DNA of 63,174 nucleotides, filler included, from Octopus bimaculoides (GCF_001194135.2; 5 parts of 4 records of this genome joined end to end with filler, not necessarily neighbours in it); one strand, 5' to 3'; numbered from the whole stretch's first letter, positions 14,105 through 25,629 are shown. Program-made: numbers and translations. Notes: a model not told the origin generated them from the letters alone.

Positions 14105-14535
14105 TCCAACTGCTATTATTATCATCATTGGCATCATCGCCATCATCACCGTCCACCACCGTCTTCGCCGTCTTCGTCAACACCATTTCATTAATTATCA
14201 TCATCATCATCATCATCACTTTTATCATCATCATGATCGCCACCACCAACATTATAATTATCACCGCTACCCACACTACGACTACCATCAGCATCATCAC
14301 CGTCATCATCGACCCCAATAACCATCATCATCATCATCACCACCACCAACACCACCACCACCACCACCACCGCCAACACCACCACCAACACCACCACCAA
14401 CACCACCACCACCACCACCGCCAACACCACCGGCAGAAGCCATATTATTAAAATTGTTGTTGTTATCATTAATATTACAGGCAAAGTAAGAAATTTATAC
14501 CATCACCATCACCATCAGCACCATCATCATCATCA
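14105..14535 (+). repeat. (CAT/CAC/CAA)n trinucleotide arrays
   Basis: Directly visible. Confidence 0.85.
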
Positions 14536-14769
14536 NNNNNNNNNNNNNNNNNNNNNNNNNNNNNNNNNNNNNNNNNNNNTTAATTAATTAANNNNNNNNN
14601 NNNNNNNNNNNNNNNNNNNNNNNNNNNNNNNNNNNCTGGCAGCATCATCGCCAATCATATGATCAGAAAGAATAACCATGGAGATAACACCACCGGATTA
14701 TTGCACCATAATGACGTCAGCAACGGTTTTACCAACAGCATCACCATGCCTGAAACCTACCAGTGATAT

Positions 14770-15100
14770 ACCAGGGGTGTGAATCTAGTCACCTCCCAAG
14801 TTTGTAAATATATTGGATCAGCCAGAACATCTTTAAAATGAATCTTTTAACAACCACCAGTCATCCTTCAGAGTCCCAGAAAGATGTTTTGTCATGTCCC
14901 TTGCCAGCCATGTGTTGCACCTCAAAGATCAAGGGACCCCATGTGATATCAAGTGGAAAATAATAGAACATCCAGCCCTATATATTAACAGCAGTGGGTG
15001 TTGCAAAATCTGCATTGCAAAGGGAACCAGAATCTTTAAGGACCATGCTAAACTATGGAAAATTACTGATTAGGCTATTATGGGTCTTCCCTTGGAAGTA
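14770..15100 (+). mobile_element. Penelope-like element GIY-YIG endonuclease remnant
   Basis: CKYIGSARTS..FNNHQSSFR..SLASHVLHLKDQG..CDIKWKII..CKIC matches the YIG..T.F..R.NNH..SF / W.I / C.LC pattern of PLE endonucleases. Frameshifted. Confidence 0.75.
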
Positions 15101-15281
15101 GATCTTCAATTTCATGTTGGTAGGGAACAAACACAAAGTCAATGTGTAGTGGCTAGCGATCTATTATAGCGAATATATATTTATATATATTTATATTTAT
15201 ATATGTTTCTATATATCTATTTATATTTATATATATATTTATATACATACATACATATATACATATATACGTACATGTTTA

Positions 15282-15437
15282 TGTCTCCATAGCTTAGCAG
15301 TTCAGCAAAACTGGCCCCATAGACTGAGTACCAGGCTTAAAAGAAAATAAGTACTGTGAGAAATGCCTTTGATTGAAAGTTTTTCAAGGCAGTGCCCCAG
15401 CATGGCCAACATCTAATGACTGAAACAAGTAAAAGGT
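15282..15437 (+). mobile_element. SINE module C (partial)
   Basis: caaggcagtgccccagcatggcc...aatgactgaaacaagtaaaag tail. Confidence 0.65.
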
Positions 15438-15469
15438 ACTTGATTTATATTAAAGAAAATACAACTTAC

Positions 15470-15698
15470 ATGTTCGTTAGCAAAAAGCTGTGTCCGTCCA
15501 CTCCCATCGTATCCACAGAATCCAATGTAATCCATCCGGCCTTCAATGAAATAAAGTCTTTTGTTTGGAAAATCTATTGCAAGACCAACAGGCCAGAATA
15601 GTTTTTTGTTCACTATAACAATTTCATTTTCTCCATCAAGATCCATACGGTGGATGCTAGGGTTCACTTGCCATTCTGTCCAGAACAAGTACCGGAAG
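15470..15698 (-). CDS. LRP2: LRP2/megalin-like exon: YWTD repeats
   Basis: Acceptor ataacag|CTTCCGG, donor GAACAT|gtaagt. 229 bp, phase 2 to 0. Encodes (D)FRYLFWTEWQVNPSIHRMDLDGENEIVIVNKKLFWPVGLAIDFPNKRLYFIEGRMDYIGFCGYDGSGRTQLFANEH. The FWPxGLxIDxPNxxLYF...DYxxFCxYxG pattern is what I recall for megalin. Confidence 0.92.
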
Positions 15699-15839
15699 CT
15701 GTTATATTTGTGAAAATAGAATAATTGAATATAACACATTTTGATTAAAGTTAAATATACAGAAATCACCAATATAATAATATAATTACAGAGATCAAAC
15801 AAGTAAACATAAAAAATAAACATAAAAATTGCAACTTAC

Positions 15840-16024
15840 TCTTCCCGTGGATCAACTTTAATGGCCCTTGGACGAGACTGATTTTGTTTTAACAAAATCA
15901 TTCTATGGTCACCTCGAAGATTTGATACTTCGATTGTCCTCTTCGAACTATCGGTCCAGTATAAATTGCGGCCAATCCAGTCAACAGCTAGACCTACCAC
16001 ATATATCATGCCTGATTGGACAAC
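15840..16024 (-). CDS. LRP2: LRP2/megalin-like exon: YWTD repeats
   Basis: Acceptor ataaag|GTTGTC, donor GAAGA|gtaagt. 185 bp, phase 0 to 2. Encodes VVQSGMIYVVGLAVDWIGRNLYWTDSSKRTIEVSNLRGDHRMILLKQNQSRPRAIKVDPRE, with the canonical LAVDW..NLYWTD motif. Confidence 0.92.
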
Positions 16025-16108
16025 CTTTATATTAAAAATAATATAAATATAAGCAAAATAGTTAGTTATAAGATCTCAAGAAGTGATAGAGTAGTAATGT
16101 ATACTAAA

Positions 16109-16284
16109 CAATAAAGCGAGTTGCCACATTAAAATGGCAGTTGAATGTTACTACTCATTTAACCCCAGGCAGATTCTCTGCTAGCTGGTTTTCGGTTCAC
16201 CAAAAACCAGCTGGCAGAGTCTCCTTGGAGTTCAATTAGTAGTAACATTCAACTGCCACTTTGATGTGGTAACTTACTTTACTG
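16109..16284. mobile_element. MITE-like fold-back element in an LRP2 intron
   Basis: Ends caataaagcgagttgccacattaaaatggcagttgaatgttactact / agtagtaacattcaactgccactttgatgtggtaacttactttactg are inverted, with an inner ctctgctagctggtttt/aaaaccagctggcagag stem. The right end is followed by TA (Tc1/mariner-like). Confidence 0.8.
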
Positions 16285-16513
16285 TATAATATAAATTTAA
16301 TGGACAATATTGTATAGCTGCTGAATAAATGTTTGAATATTTGGAGGAAAGTAAATGACNNNNNNNNNNNNNNNNNNNNNNNNNNNNNNNNNNNNNNNNN
16401 NNNNNNNNNNNNNNNNNNNNNNNNNNNNNNNNNNNNNNNNNNNNNNNNNNNNNNNNNNNNNNNNNNNNNNNNNNNNNNNNNNNNNNNNNNNNNNNNNNNN
16501 NNNNNNNNNNNNN

Positions 16514-16825
16514 GGAAAGCTCACTCTGATTGTTCTGATAAGAAAAGAACTCCTGAATTTGTTCGTGAGATCCAGTCCATGATTGACAACGATCTCTCCA
16601 AATCAATCAGGTTCATTGNNNNNNNNNNATCCAGTCCATGATTGACAACGATCTCTCCAAATCAATCAGGTTCATTGCCAGGGAAATAGGAGTGTCTGAG
16701 TTTCTTATCAGGCAGATAATGCATGAAAACATTTGGTATTCCTCATACAAGATGAGAAAGGGCCAANNNNNNNNNNAATGCATGAAAACATTTGGTATTC
16801 CTCATACAAGATGAGAAAGGGCCAA
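16514..16825 (+). mobile_element. Tc1/mariner-superfamily transposase N-terminal fragment
   Basis: KAHSDCSDKKRTPEFVREIQSMIDNDLSKSIRFIAREIGVSEFLIRQIMHENIWYSSYKMRKGQ: HTH-type region of maT/DD37D-like transposases. The subfamily is recalled, not searched. Confidence 0.7.
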
Positions 16826-17260
16826 GCTGGGAGGTGGGGTTAGAGAAGGAACTGTGGGCCAGGAAGTCACGCAGGTTATGGGCTTGTTTGAAGGAAGGGA
16901 GGNNNNNNNNNNGTGGGCCAGGAAGTCACGCAGGTTATGGGCTTGTTTGAAGGAAGGGAGGGATAGGATGGAGAAGATGTGCGAGGTGGAGGGGTGGAAC
17001 TGGAGTTGCTGGAAGGNNNNNNNNNNGGAGAAGATGTGCGAGGTGGAGGGGTGGAACTGGAGTTGCTGGAAGGCTTGGAGAATGGTGCGTTGGAGGAGCA
17101 GGATGGAAGAGTGGTAGGTGAGGGGAAATGAGAGACAATCAACTGCGGGGTGGGTGCGAGGAGAAAGAATAGAGGCAGGGTTCACAGATCTTGCCCTGGC
17201 AAGGGCAGTGTGGATAGTAGTGAGGGGATATCCACATAGGATGGAGTGGTGATCCATGAG
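16826..17260 (-). mobile_element. Penelope-like element RT C-terminal fragment
   Basis: CGYPLTTIHTALARAR...PLTYHSSI..LQRTILQAFQQLQFHPSTSHIF...SFKQAHNLRDFLAH matches the RGYP / LTYHP / NLRD.LV PLE thumb-linker pattern. Confidence 0.75.
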
Positions 17261-17404
17261 TTGAGTGAACTAATGCACAGCATGAACATTTGATCACTAT
17301 AAACAAATCGTTTGTGAAGGTTGTTTGGCAAAAGTTGAACCCACATACACTGTCTTCGATAGGAGAGTCCATCATCATCATCATCATCACACACACACAG
17401 TTGA

Positions 17405-17580
17405 CATGTAAAATGTATCATCATCATCATCATCATTTAGTGTGTTTTGGCTTAGTTTCTATGGCTGGGTGCCCTTCCTAATGCCAACCATTGTACAGAG
17501 TGTAGTGGGTGCCTTATATGTGCCACCAGCATGGGTGCCTTTTAAGTGTCACTGACACTGACCCCGACTGCGATTTCACT
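17405..17580 (-). mobile_element. 3' tail of a SINE/LINE ending in (GAT)n
   Basis: ggctgggtgcccttcctaatgccaacc next to a (CAT)n run; recognised repeat tail, family unassigned. Confidence 0.5.
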
Positions 17581-17944
17581 AACAATGATTTCACTTAATT
17601 CATGAGTGATGGCTGGCTGTATGGAGAAGGTCGTGTCTCACTGAAGAAATCTAATAACAAGGAAACATGTTCAAAGTTAGTCATGCTCTCTCTCAATTCA
17701 TGAGGTTCTTTCATGTGGTGTGTAGAAGGAAAGAGCAACCTGGTTCCTTCTAAACTCAAACAGCCTCCACTAGATGGACATCATTCTGAAGCCATAAAGG
17801 ATGGCCATAATAGGTTAATTTGATATGGATTGATACTGTGAAAGAAGGTCTTTAAACAAAAAAGTAAATAAAAATAAAAACTTACAACTGTTTGATCAGA
17901 ACCATTGGNNNNNNNNNNAAAAGTAAATAAAAATAAAAACTTAC

Positions 17945-18160
17945 AACTGTTTGATCAGAACCATTGGTTTTGATTCTGGAAATAACTCTATTCCCAAAAT
18001 CAAAAAAATAGATGGTTTGGTTAAGTATGTCTATGTCAGAAGCAATTATGCGTTTGGCATCAANNNNNNNNNNTATTGATCTCTTCATAAGGTTGAAAAT
18101 CAAGGCTGATATTGGTGAAACTCTTCATACCAACCACTATCAAAGAAGCTACTGTTGTAT
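17945..18160 (-). CDS. LRP2: LRP2/megalin-like exon: start of YWTD beta-propeller (contains a 10-N gap)
   Basis: Acceptor tttttcacag|ATACA, donor ACAGTT|gtaagt, phase 1 to 0. Encodes (N)TTVASLIVVGMKSFTNISLDFQPYEEIN-[gap]-DAKRIIASDIDILNQTIYFFDFGNRVISRIKTNGSDQTV. The frame is continuous only if the true gap length is a multiple of 3. Confidence 0.8.
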
Positions 18161-18406
18161 CTGTGAAAAATGGGAAGGAATATAATTGAAACAAAAGAAT
18201 ATAATTGAAATACTTTCATGTCAAATACATACAAAAACTAATCAATACAAAATAAAATCATGTAATTGATCTTAAGTAATTGATCTCAAGTAATTGATTT
18301 TTAAGTACCTGTTAATCTAAGATGGTTGCCAGTTATTCATGTATTACGTTATTTTATATCATATATTATATAATATAATGTTATGTTATATTAATATTAT
18401 ATCATA

Positions 18407-18595
18407 TTAGGGTGGCAAGCTGGCAGAATTCTTAACATGCTGGGCAAAATGCTTAGTGATACTCTGTCCATCTTTACATTCTGAGCTTGAATTCTGACAA
18501 GGCTGATTTTGTCTTTCATCCTGTCAGGGTCAATGAAATAAGTACCAGTCATACACTGGGGTTGGCACAATTGATCTCCCTCTTTCCCAAAACTG
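18407..18595 (+). mobile_element. SINE family B (diverged), intronic
   Basis: gcaagctggcagaa...aaatgcttag...tctttcatcctgtcagggtcaatgaaataagtaccag. Confidence 0.75.
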
Positions 18596-18639
18596 ATGAC
18601 ATAATAAAATTAGATAAATGTTATTAATAAAGCTCTCAC

Positions 18640-18762
18640 TTTCATTTGCAAGGCATAAGTTCCGTTCTGATTGGTAACCAGTGTCACATGTACATTTATA
18701 TGAACCCTCCAGGTTCAGGCAGTGTTGACTGCAAATTCCAGGGGGTTCACATTCATTTAAAT
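18640..18762 (-). CDS. LRP2: LRP2/megalin-like exon: EGF-like (calcium-binding type) repeat
   Basis: Acceptor ttctag|ATTTAAATG, donor GAAA|gtgaga. 123 bp, phase 1 to 1. Encodes [41 protein letters not shown], which resembles the megalin EGF repeat before a YWTD propeller (recalled human pattern [30 protein letters not shown]). Confidence 0.85.
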
Positions 18763-18923
18763 CTAGAAAGAAAAAAAGCATGAGAGTTTTAATTTACCCC
18801 TGGGTGTTTGAGTCAAGAAATACCNNNNNNNNNNNNNNNNNNNNNNNNNNNNNNNNNNNNNNNNNNNNTTAATTAATTAANNNNNNNNNNNNNNNNNNNN
18901 NNNNNNNNNNNNNNNNNNNNNNN

Positions 18924-19660
18924 NGGGTTCAGTCCCACTGCGTGGCATTTTGGGCAAGTGTCTTCTACTATAGCTTCAGACCGATCAAAGCCTTGTGTGT
19001 GGATTTGGTAGAAGGAAATTGAAAGAAGCCTGTCGTATATACATACATACATACATACATACGTCTGCGCACGCGCGCACACACACACACATACATACAC
19101 ACCTGTACAAAATTAATATAAACAGCAGGTTACAATGTTTCACCAAAAAGAGTAATTACAAAAGTCACGAAATGTGACCAGGGTGTTAAAAAATACCTAC
19201 ATTGCTAGAAATAAGAACTAAAATGCTCTAATGCCGTAGTTAACGCACACAAATGAAAGCATATACCCTAACAAGGACCGTAATTGTACGAAAAAAGCCG
19301 ACCAAGAATTCCGTTAGTGTATGCTTTTATTCATGTACGTAAACTACAGCATTAGGGCATTTTAGCTCTTATTTCAAGTATATATATGTGTATATATGTA
19401 TGTGTATGTGTGTATGTGTGTGTGTGTGTATCTTTGTGCTTGTCCCCAACCATTCCTTGACAACCAGAGTTGGGGGTGTTTGTGTCCCCATAACTTAGCG
19501 GTTATGGGGACCGACAGAACAAGTACCGACAGAGACCGACAGAACAAGTACCAGGCTTTAAAAAAAAGTGTTGGGGACGATTCATTCGGCTAAAAATCCT
19601 TCAAAGCGGTGCCCCCGCATGGCCGCAGTGTAATGACTTACACATGTAAATAAAAATAAA
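18924..19660 (+). mobile_element. Composite SINE A+C interrupted within its microsatellite
   Basis: Module A at 18924-19036, microsatellite, inserted DNA including a MITE, microsatellite again, module C at 19430-19660. Confidence 0.65.
19205..19378. mobile_element. MITE with ~68 bp imperfect terminal inverted repeats
   Basis: ctagaaataagaactaaaatgctctaatgccgtagttaacg...gcatatacccta vs tagtgtatgc...cgtaaactacagcattagggcattttagctcttatttcaag. Confidence 0.75.
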
Positions 19661-19724
19661 AGATGTGACATGAAACAGTCATCGATGTGTAACGATGGGA
19701 ACGTGGAGTAATAATTAACTCTTT

Positions 19725-20500
19725 CTAATTTTGGCATAAAACAACAAATTTTAGAGGGAGCGAGATTTAGTCGATTAAATGGATTCCAGTAATTGACGGA
19801 TTTATTTCATCGACTGCGAAAGGATGGAAGGCAAAGTCACCCTCAACATTTGAACTCGGAACGTAGAAAGCCAGAAGAAATTCGGCTAAGCATTTTGCTC
19901 GTCATGCAAGCATTTCGGCTTCCTTGCCATCTTAATAGCATTAATAATATTCCACCTTGCTATTTAAGGCAGACATCTGGCAGAACCGTTAGCACGGCGG
20001 GCGAAATGCTTAGCGGTGTTTCGTCCGTCTTTACGTTCTGAGTTCAAATTCCGCCGAGGTCGACTTTGCCTTTCATCCTTTCGGAGTCGATAAATTAAGT
20101 ACCAGTTACGCACTGGAGTCAATGTAATCGACTTAATCCCTTTGTCTGTCCTTGTTTATACCCTCTATGTTTAGCACCTTGTGGGCAATAAAGAAATAAG
20201 AAACGATAGCACGCCGGGCAAAAGGCTTAGCAGTATTTCGTCTGCCGTTACGTTCTGAGTTCAAATATCAGCGAGGTCGACTTTGCCTTTCATCCTTTCG
20301 AGATCGATAAATTAAATACCAGTTACGCACTGGGGTCGATGTAATGGACTAGTTCCTTCCCCACAAATGTGAAGCCTTGTGCCTTTAGTAGAAAGGATTA
20401 TTTAAGGCGGCGAACTGAGCAAAATGCTTAGTGACATTTCGCTCATCGCTGCGTTCTGAGGTCTACTTTGCTCTTCATCCTTTCGGGGTCGATAAATAAA
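19725..20500. mobile_element. Cluster of SINE family B copies: one minus (19725-19930), a plus dimer (19963-20398) and a plus partial (20403-20500)
   Basis: Repeated gagttcaaattccgccgaggtcgactttgcctttcatcctttcgg core. Confidence 0.8.
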
Positions 20501-21037
20501 GTCCTAAGCCGGAACCTTTCGGAGGAAAAGGGGAGATTAATTACATTGCCAAAGGGATGAAAAGGCTAAATTATCTGAATTTTTTTTAAAGACAGTCTGA
20601 TGTTATTCGAGGAAGATTTGATAGCTATTTCCAGCAGGTCGAGCGTGTATATGTTACACATGTCATCGCCGTCGTTGTTGAGGTATATTTTGCTGTTATT
20701 TCTAGTTGGTGGTGCGTTCACAAGGCGGTTTCCTCGTTGGCTCAGACTGCCACTGTCTCAATCAGAATTTGATGGTGGTGGCCACCAAAATTGTTGATGG
20801 AGGAACAAACTGATGAGAACCAGGAAAAAGGAATAGTGGGAGTGAATGAGATTTAAGAGTGCAGAGTGGTTGGCTTGGCTGGATTGTCACATTCTTTATG
20901 ATTTTTGTTGTTTTAATAATTTGTTATTGTAATCGTAGTCAATGGGTTGTCTGTCTGTGCGTGGAAAGGTAATTATAACAACACATAACTATTTCCCCAC
21001 CACACTCTCTCTTCTCTGATGATATTGTTCTAATTGT

Positions 21038-21412
21038 GGAAGCGCAATGACCCAGTGGTTAGGGCAGCGGACTCACAGTCGTAGGACCGTGGTTTCGATT
21101 CCCAGACCGGGCGTTGTGTTTATTGAGCGAAAACACCTAAAGCTCCACGAGGCTCCGGCAGGAGATGGTGGCGAACCCTGCCGTACTCTTCCACCACAAC
21201 TTTCTCTCACTCTTACTTCCTGTTTCTGTTGTGCCTGTAATTCAAAAGGGTCAGCCTTATCACACTGTGTCACGCTGAATCTGCCCGAAAACTACGTTAA
21301 GGGTACACGTGTCTGTGGAGTGCTCAGCCACTTGCACGTTAATTTCACGAGCAGGCTGTTCCGTTGATCGGATCAACTGGAATCCTCGTCGTCGAAATCG
21401 ACGGAGTGCCGC
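21038..21412 (+). mobile_element. tRNA-derived SINE family D, full length
   Basis: caatgacccagtggttagggcagcggactc head, tail ...gcaggctgttccgttgatcggatcaactgg. Near-identical to 44312, 58593 and 41482. Confidence 0.9.
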
Positions 21413-23268
21413 GATGTTCTAATTACTGTAGATAAACATATAATTTCCGTTTGTTAACGAAATCCCATGATAAGTAGGTATAAACACACAACAGCATACG
21501 TATGAACGCATACACACGTGTCTATGTATGAACATACATACACACAACACATATATACGTATCTACGTTTGATCATATACACACACAACATACATACACA
21601 TACGTATGCCAATTCCTAGAAGCACATATACATATAGGCGTATATGTATATATATCAGGGACGTGCCACCTGGGTAGGCAAGGTAGACAGTGCCTACCTT
21701 AAATAAAATAGATCGATAGTAACATTTTCCTTTTATGGCAAAATGTGCACATAACTCAATAAAATTATGAAGGTTACTTTGATTACTCTGCATAAAATAC
21801 ACAATCTGTTATTGCTTGCAGGCATACGACCCGGAACCGTTTGAATGTTATGGGACCTTTTTCTTCTTTTACGTGTCTTTCTTGGCATGATGTTAAAGAG
21901 AGCACAAATATATATNNNNNNNNNNNNNNNNNNNNNNNNNNNNNNNNNNNNNNNNNNNNNNNNNNNNNNNNNNNNNNNNNNNNNNNNNNNNNNNNNNNNN
22001 NNNNNNNNNNNNNNNNNNNNNNNNNNNNNNNNNNNNNNNNNNNNNNNNNNNNNNNNNNNNNNNNNNNNNNNNNNNNNNNNNNNNNNNNNNNNNNNNNATA
22101 TATACACACACACACGCATAAATTCATACACAAACACACACACACACACCACAAAATTAAACAACAAACGATGGATAAGTGTCACTTCTTTACAGCTGTT
22201 TCCAACGGATTTTTAAAATACATTAATGAGTACATTACATCATAACTAAAAAACGCTTTCTTCACATGATATATAAAATTTCAAACAATATAAGAACAAC
22301 ACTTGACCACAGTGGGTGCACCAAGCCTGATTCCAGCCAAGGCTGGAATCAAGTTTGGTACTCGTCTCCATCTTGTATGAGAATACACGAAGCTATGCAA
22401 AAGTGTACGGGATTTGGGGATAAATAAAATATATAGAGGTCGTGGGAAGTAACTTATAAGAAAATTCTAAATGTTGTCTCCCTTGCATTACCACTGGAAT
22501 CTTTGTAGGAAGTTGCGTTCACGATGAATTGATTAATTCCTTAATTATTTTATGTGAAAACACTCACGCACGCCCACGTCCAAATTTATGATTATAACTA
22601 TAAATGCAGACATATGTGCATGTGCACATCTATACAAAATATGTGCACCTCTCCCCACACACGCACACACAATTCACTGGTATAGATTGTGCGCATGTGT
22701 TCTCATGCAAAACGCATATATGTATGCATGTACGTACACATAATGAAGCTACATAATGAAATAAATGTGACTTGATTATAATTCCGTACGTTTTTCCATA
22801 CAACGCTGTCTCATTGTATATATTAATCGCTCTAAATCTGATTCCTTTCAATTATATTGAACCACCTCACGCGCCATTGCACAAATATGTATTGTCAATA
22901 TAACTGCAAAATTTTTATTTAAACAATTAGCAATTTATATCTGAATGGATGTGTGTTTGTGTGTATGGTTAAAGGATCTCAAGTAATACGTTTACATCGT
23001 GAGTTTCAATTCGGTGAATTTGGATATGGTCTACTGTGATGTGAAAGAATTACATAACAAAATGCCGAGAGAGTAGAAGCATAAAACTGACAATAGATGG
23101 CGCTTTGTCGGCCTAATGTTCTAATGCTTAACTGTAGAGAAAGATGAAGTGGCAGAGAGAGGTAGCTATAGATAATGAAGCAGATAGACAAACAGACAGA
23201 TAGATAAATAGAAAGGCGAAGACACAGATGGTGACATGGAATGTCTGAGTATGTGTGCGCGCGTGTAT

Positions 23269-23318
<50 letters not shown>

Positions 23319-23327
23319 AAGAGTGAA

Positions 23328-23368
<41 letters not shown>

Positions 23369-24489
23369 GAGAAGGTAAAAAAGAAAAGCTGGAATAACAA
23401 GACATAACTGAGAATAAAAGGGGAGAAGAGAAGCTATACGAATAAATTAAAGTGAATTTAATTTAATTAACTTATCGCTCCAACTGTCTTCAGTTAATCA
23501 TTTAGAATCTAAACCAGCAACAAGACAGCCATTGTTTGTTTGTCTTATTATTTTCTTGTTTTATTTTCTCNNNNNNNNNNNNNNNNNNNNNNNNNNNNNN
23601 NNNNNNNNNNNNNNNNNNNNNNNNNNNNNNNNNNNNNNNNNNNNNNNNNNNNNNNNNNNNNNNNNNNNNNNNNNNNNNNNNNNNNNNNNNNNNNNNNNNN
23701 NNNNNNNNNNNNNNNNNNNNNNNNNNNNNNNNNNNNNNNNNNNNNNNNNNNNNNNNNNNNNNNNNNNNNNNNNNNNNNNNNNNNNNNNNNNNNNNNNNNN
23801 NNNNNNNNNNNNNNNNNNNNNNNNNNNNNNNNNNNNNNNNNNNNNNNNNNNNNNNNNNNNNNNNNNNNNNNNNNNNNNNNNNNNNNNNNNNNNNNNNNNN
23901 NNNNNNNNNNNNNNNNNNNNNNNNNNNNNNNNNNNNNNNNNNNNNNNNNNNNNNNNNNNNNNNNNNNNNNNNNNNNNNNNNNNNNNNNNNNNNNNNNNNN
24001 NNNNNNNNNNNNNNNNNNNNNNNNNNNNNNNNNNNNNNNNNNNNNNNNNNNNNNNNNNNNNNNNNNNNNNNNNNNNNNNNNNNNNNNNNNNNNNNNNNNN
24101 NNTATATATATTTATATATATGTATATAAATATATATACGTATACATATAACTACCAACACGCACTCGCCAATATATGAATAAAATGAAAACATCGGCAC
24201 AAAAGAAAACAGCAGTAATTAAATAAATACTGTGAAAAAAGAAGGCTTTCTTTTACGTTTTAAGCAAGTGTTCTTTGTCAAAATATTGGTGGAGCGGCAG
24301 ATCGGACGTCTGGCCTTAGAGCTTAAAATGTTGTAGCCTTAGCTTCATAGACAATGGATATTTTGGTTATTTGGTTGGGCGGAATTTAACTGTGTGTTGC
24401 TTCTCTTATATCAGGGGTGGGGAAACTTTATAGCGCGGTGGGTAAAAATTCTCAAAGAAAAAGGTCCACGGGCGGAGATGTATGTATTC

Positions 24490-24700
24490 TTTGTTCTTTT
24501 ATTTGTTTCAGTTATTTAACTGCGGCCGTGCTGGAGCACCGCCTTTAGTCGAACTAATCGACCCCCGGACTTATTCTTTGTAAGCCTAGTACTTATTCTA
24601 TCGGTCACTTTTTGCCGAACCGCTACGTTACGAGGACGTAAACACACCAGCATTGGTTGTCAAGCGATTGTGGGAGGACAAACACAGACACAATATATAC
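24490..24700 (-). mobile_element. SINE module C
   Basis: Reverse complement of the 13535-13740 module. Confidence 0.8.
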
Positions 24701-25321
24701 ATTTTCGATTCAGAGATAATCTTCGGATTTGACCTCAGGCGCATGCGCGAAATCTATACAACTGCAACTAAAAAGAAAACAAAAAAAAAACTAAAAAACA
24801 TCAACAAAAAAAAAATACCCAGAATATAAAATCTTGGGAATTTGATCAGAAAATTAAGATAAGTATCAAACTGCTGTCTAGTTATGTTTTCAATAATATG
24901 TTTCAAAGAAAAGCTAACCCCCCACACACACTTAAGCCATAGGCCGAGGTGTAACACCACAACCATCTGGACTTCGGACTACATCTTCAACCAGTTATTT
25001 CTTTTTGGGCTCCCATTTTTGTCAAAATAATGAGGAAAAAGGTGCAGTGGATTTGTGTTAGTGACCAAATTGCAAAAGTGCGAGGAATCATTTTGGCAGT
25101 AACATAAACAAGAAAATTGCAGCAAAGCTATGTGATCGTGGTGTCATGCGTGGCATGTTTGACATTGCGTTCTTCTTCTCTTCCGGTTTACAAATTCAGT
25201 GTGCACATGCGCATTGTTTTATTCTTTTACATATCTCAATGGTCTGATATCTAAACCATTGTTTGTTAATAATTTTCCAATGATTATCCATTTGTAATAT
25301 TATACTAACAAATTGCTAACT

Positions 25322-25490
25322 AGGCGCTGGCGAGGCTGTGTAGTAAGAAGTTTGGTTCTTGACCACAAGGTTTCGGGTTCAGTCCCGCTGCGTGGCACCT
25401 TGGGCAAGTGTCTTCTATTATAGACACGGGCCGAACAAAGCCTTGTGAGTTGGTAGGCGGAAATTGAAAGAAGCACGTCATATACATACA
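25322..25490 (+). mobile_element. SINE module A
   Basis: ggctgtgtagtaag...gggttcagtcccgctgcgtggcaccttgggcaagtgtcttc. Confidence 0.85.
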
Positions 25491-25629
25491 CTCATATATA
25501 TATATATATAACTGATATTTAATAAGATGAAATACTTCGAAACCGGTCATATTTTCTTTATATAATTTTAAGATCATTTTTATTTAATTCCCATTTAAAT
25601 TGAAATATCTTAGACTTCTATGATATTTC

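Noticed and set aside
14580-14591. TTAATTAATTAA embedded in N runs (also at 18869, 34723 and 60962)
   Set aside because: An identical 12-mer with stops in all six frames, centred in ~100 bp gaps: an artificial scaffolding spacer, not biology.
16514-17070. Short direct repeats on either side of 10-N gaps (also 17860-17970)
   Set aside because: Identical overlaps of adjacent contigs that were not merged. The apparent second splice donor at ~17884 is the same artefact.
21038-21115. SINE heads as real tRNA genes (also 3186, 31697, 44312, 58593)
   Set aside because: The A/B boxes continue into shared SINE bodies and lack a paired acceptor stem.
24409-24480. caggggtggggaaacttt (and cagggacgtgcc at 21656) as hAT termini
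   Set aside because: Only one end is visible for each, with no matching TIR or target duplication.
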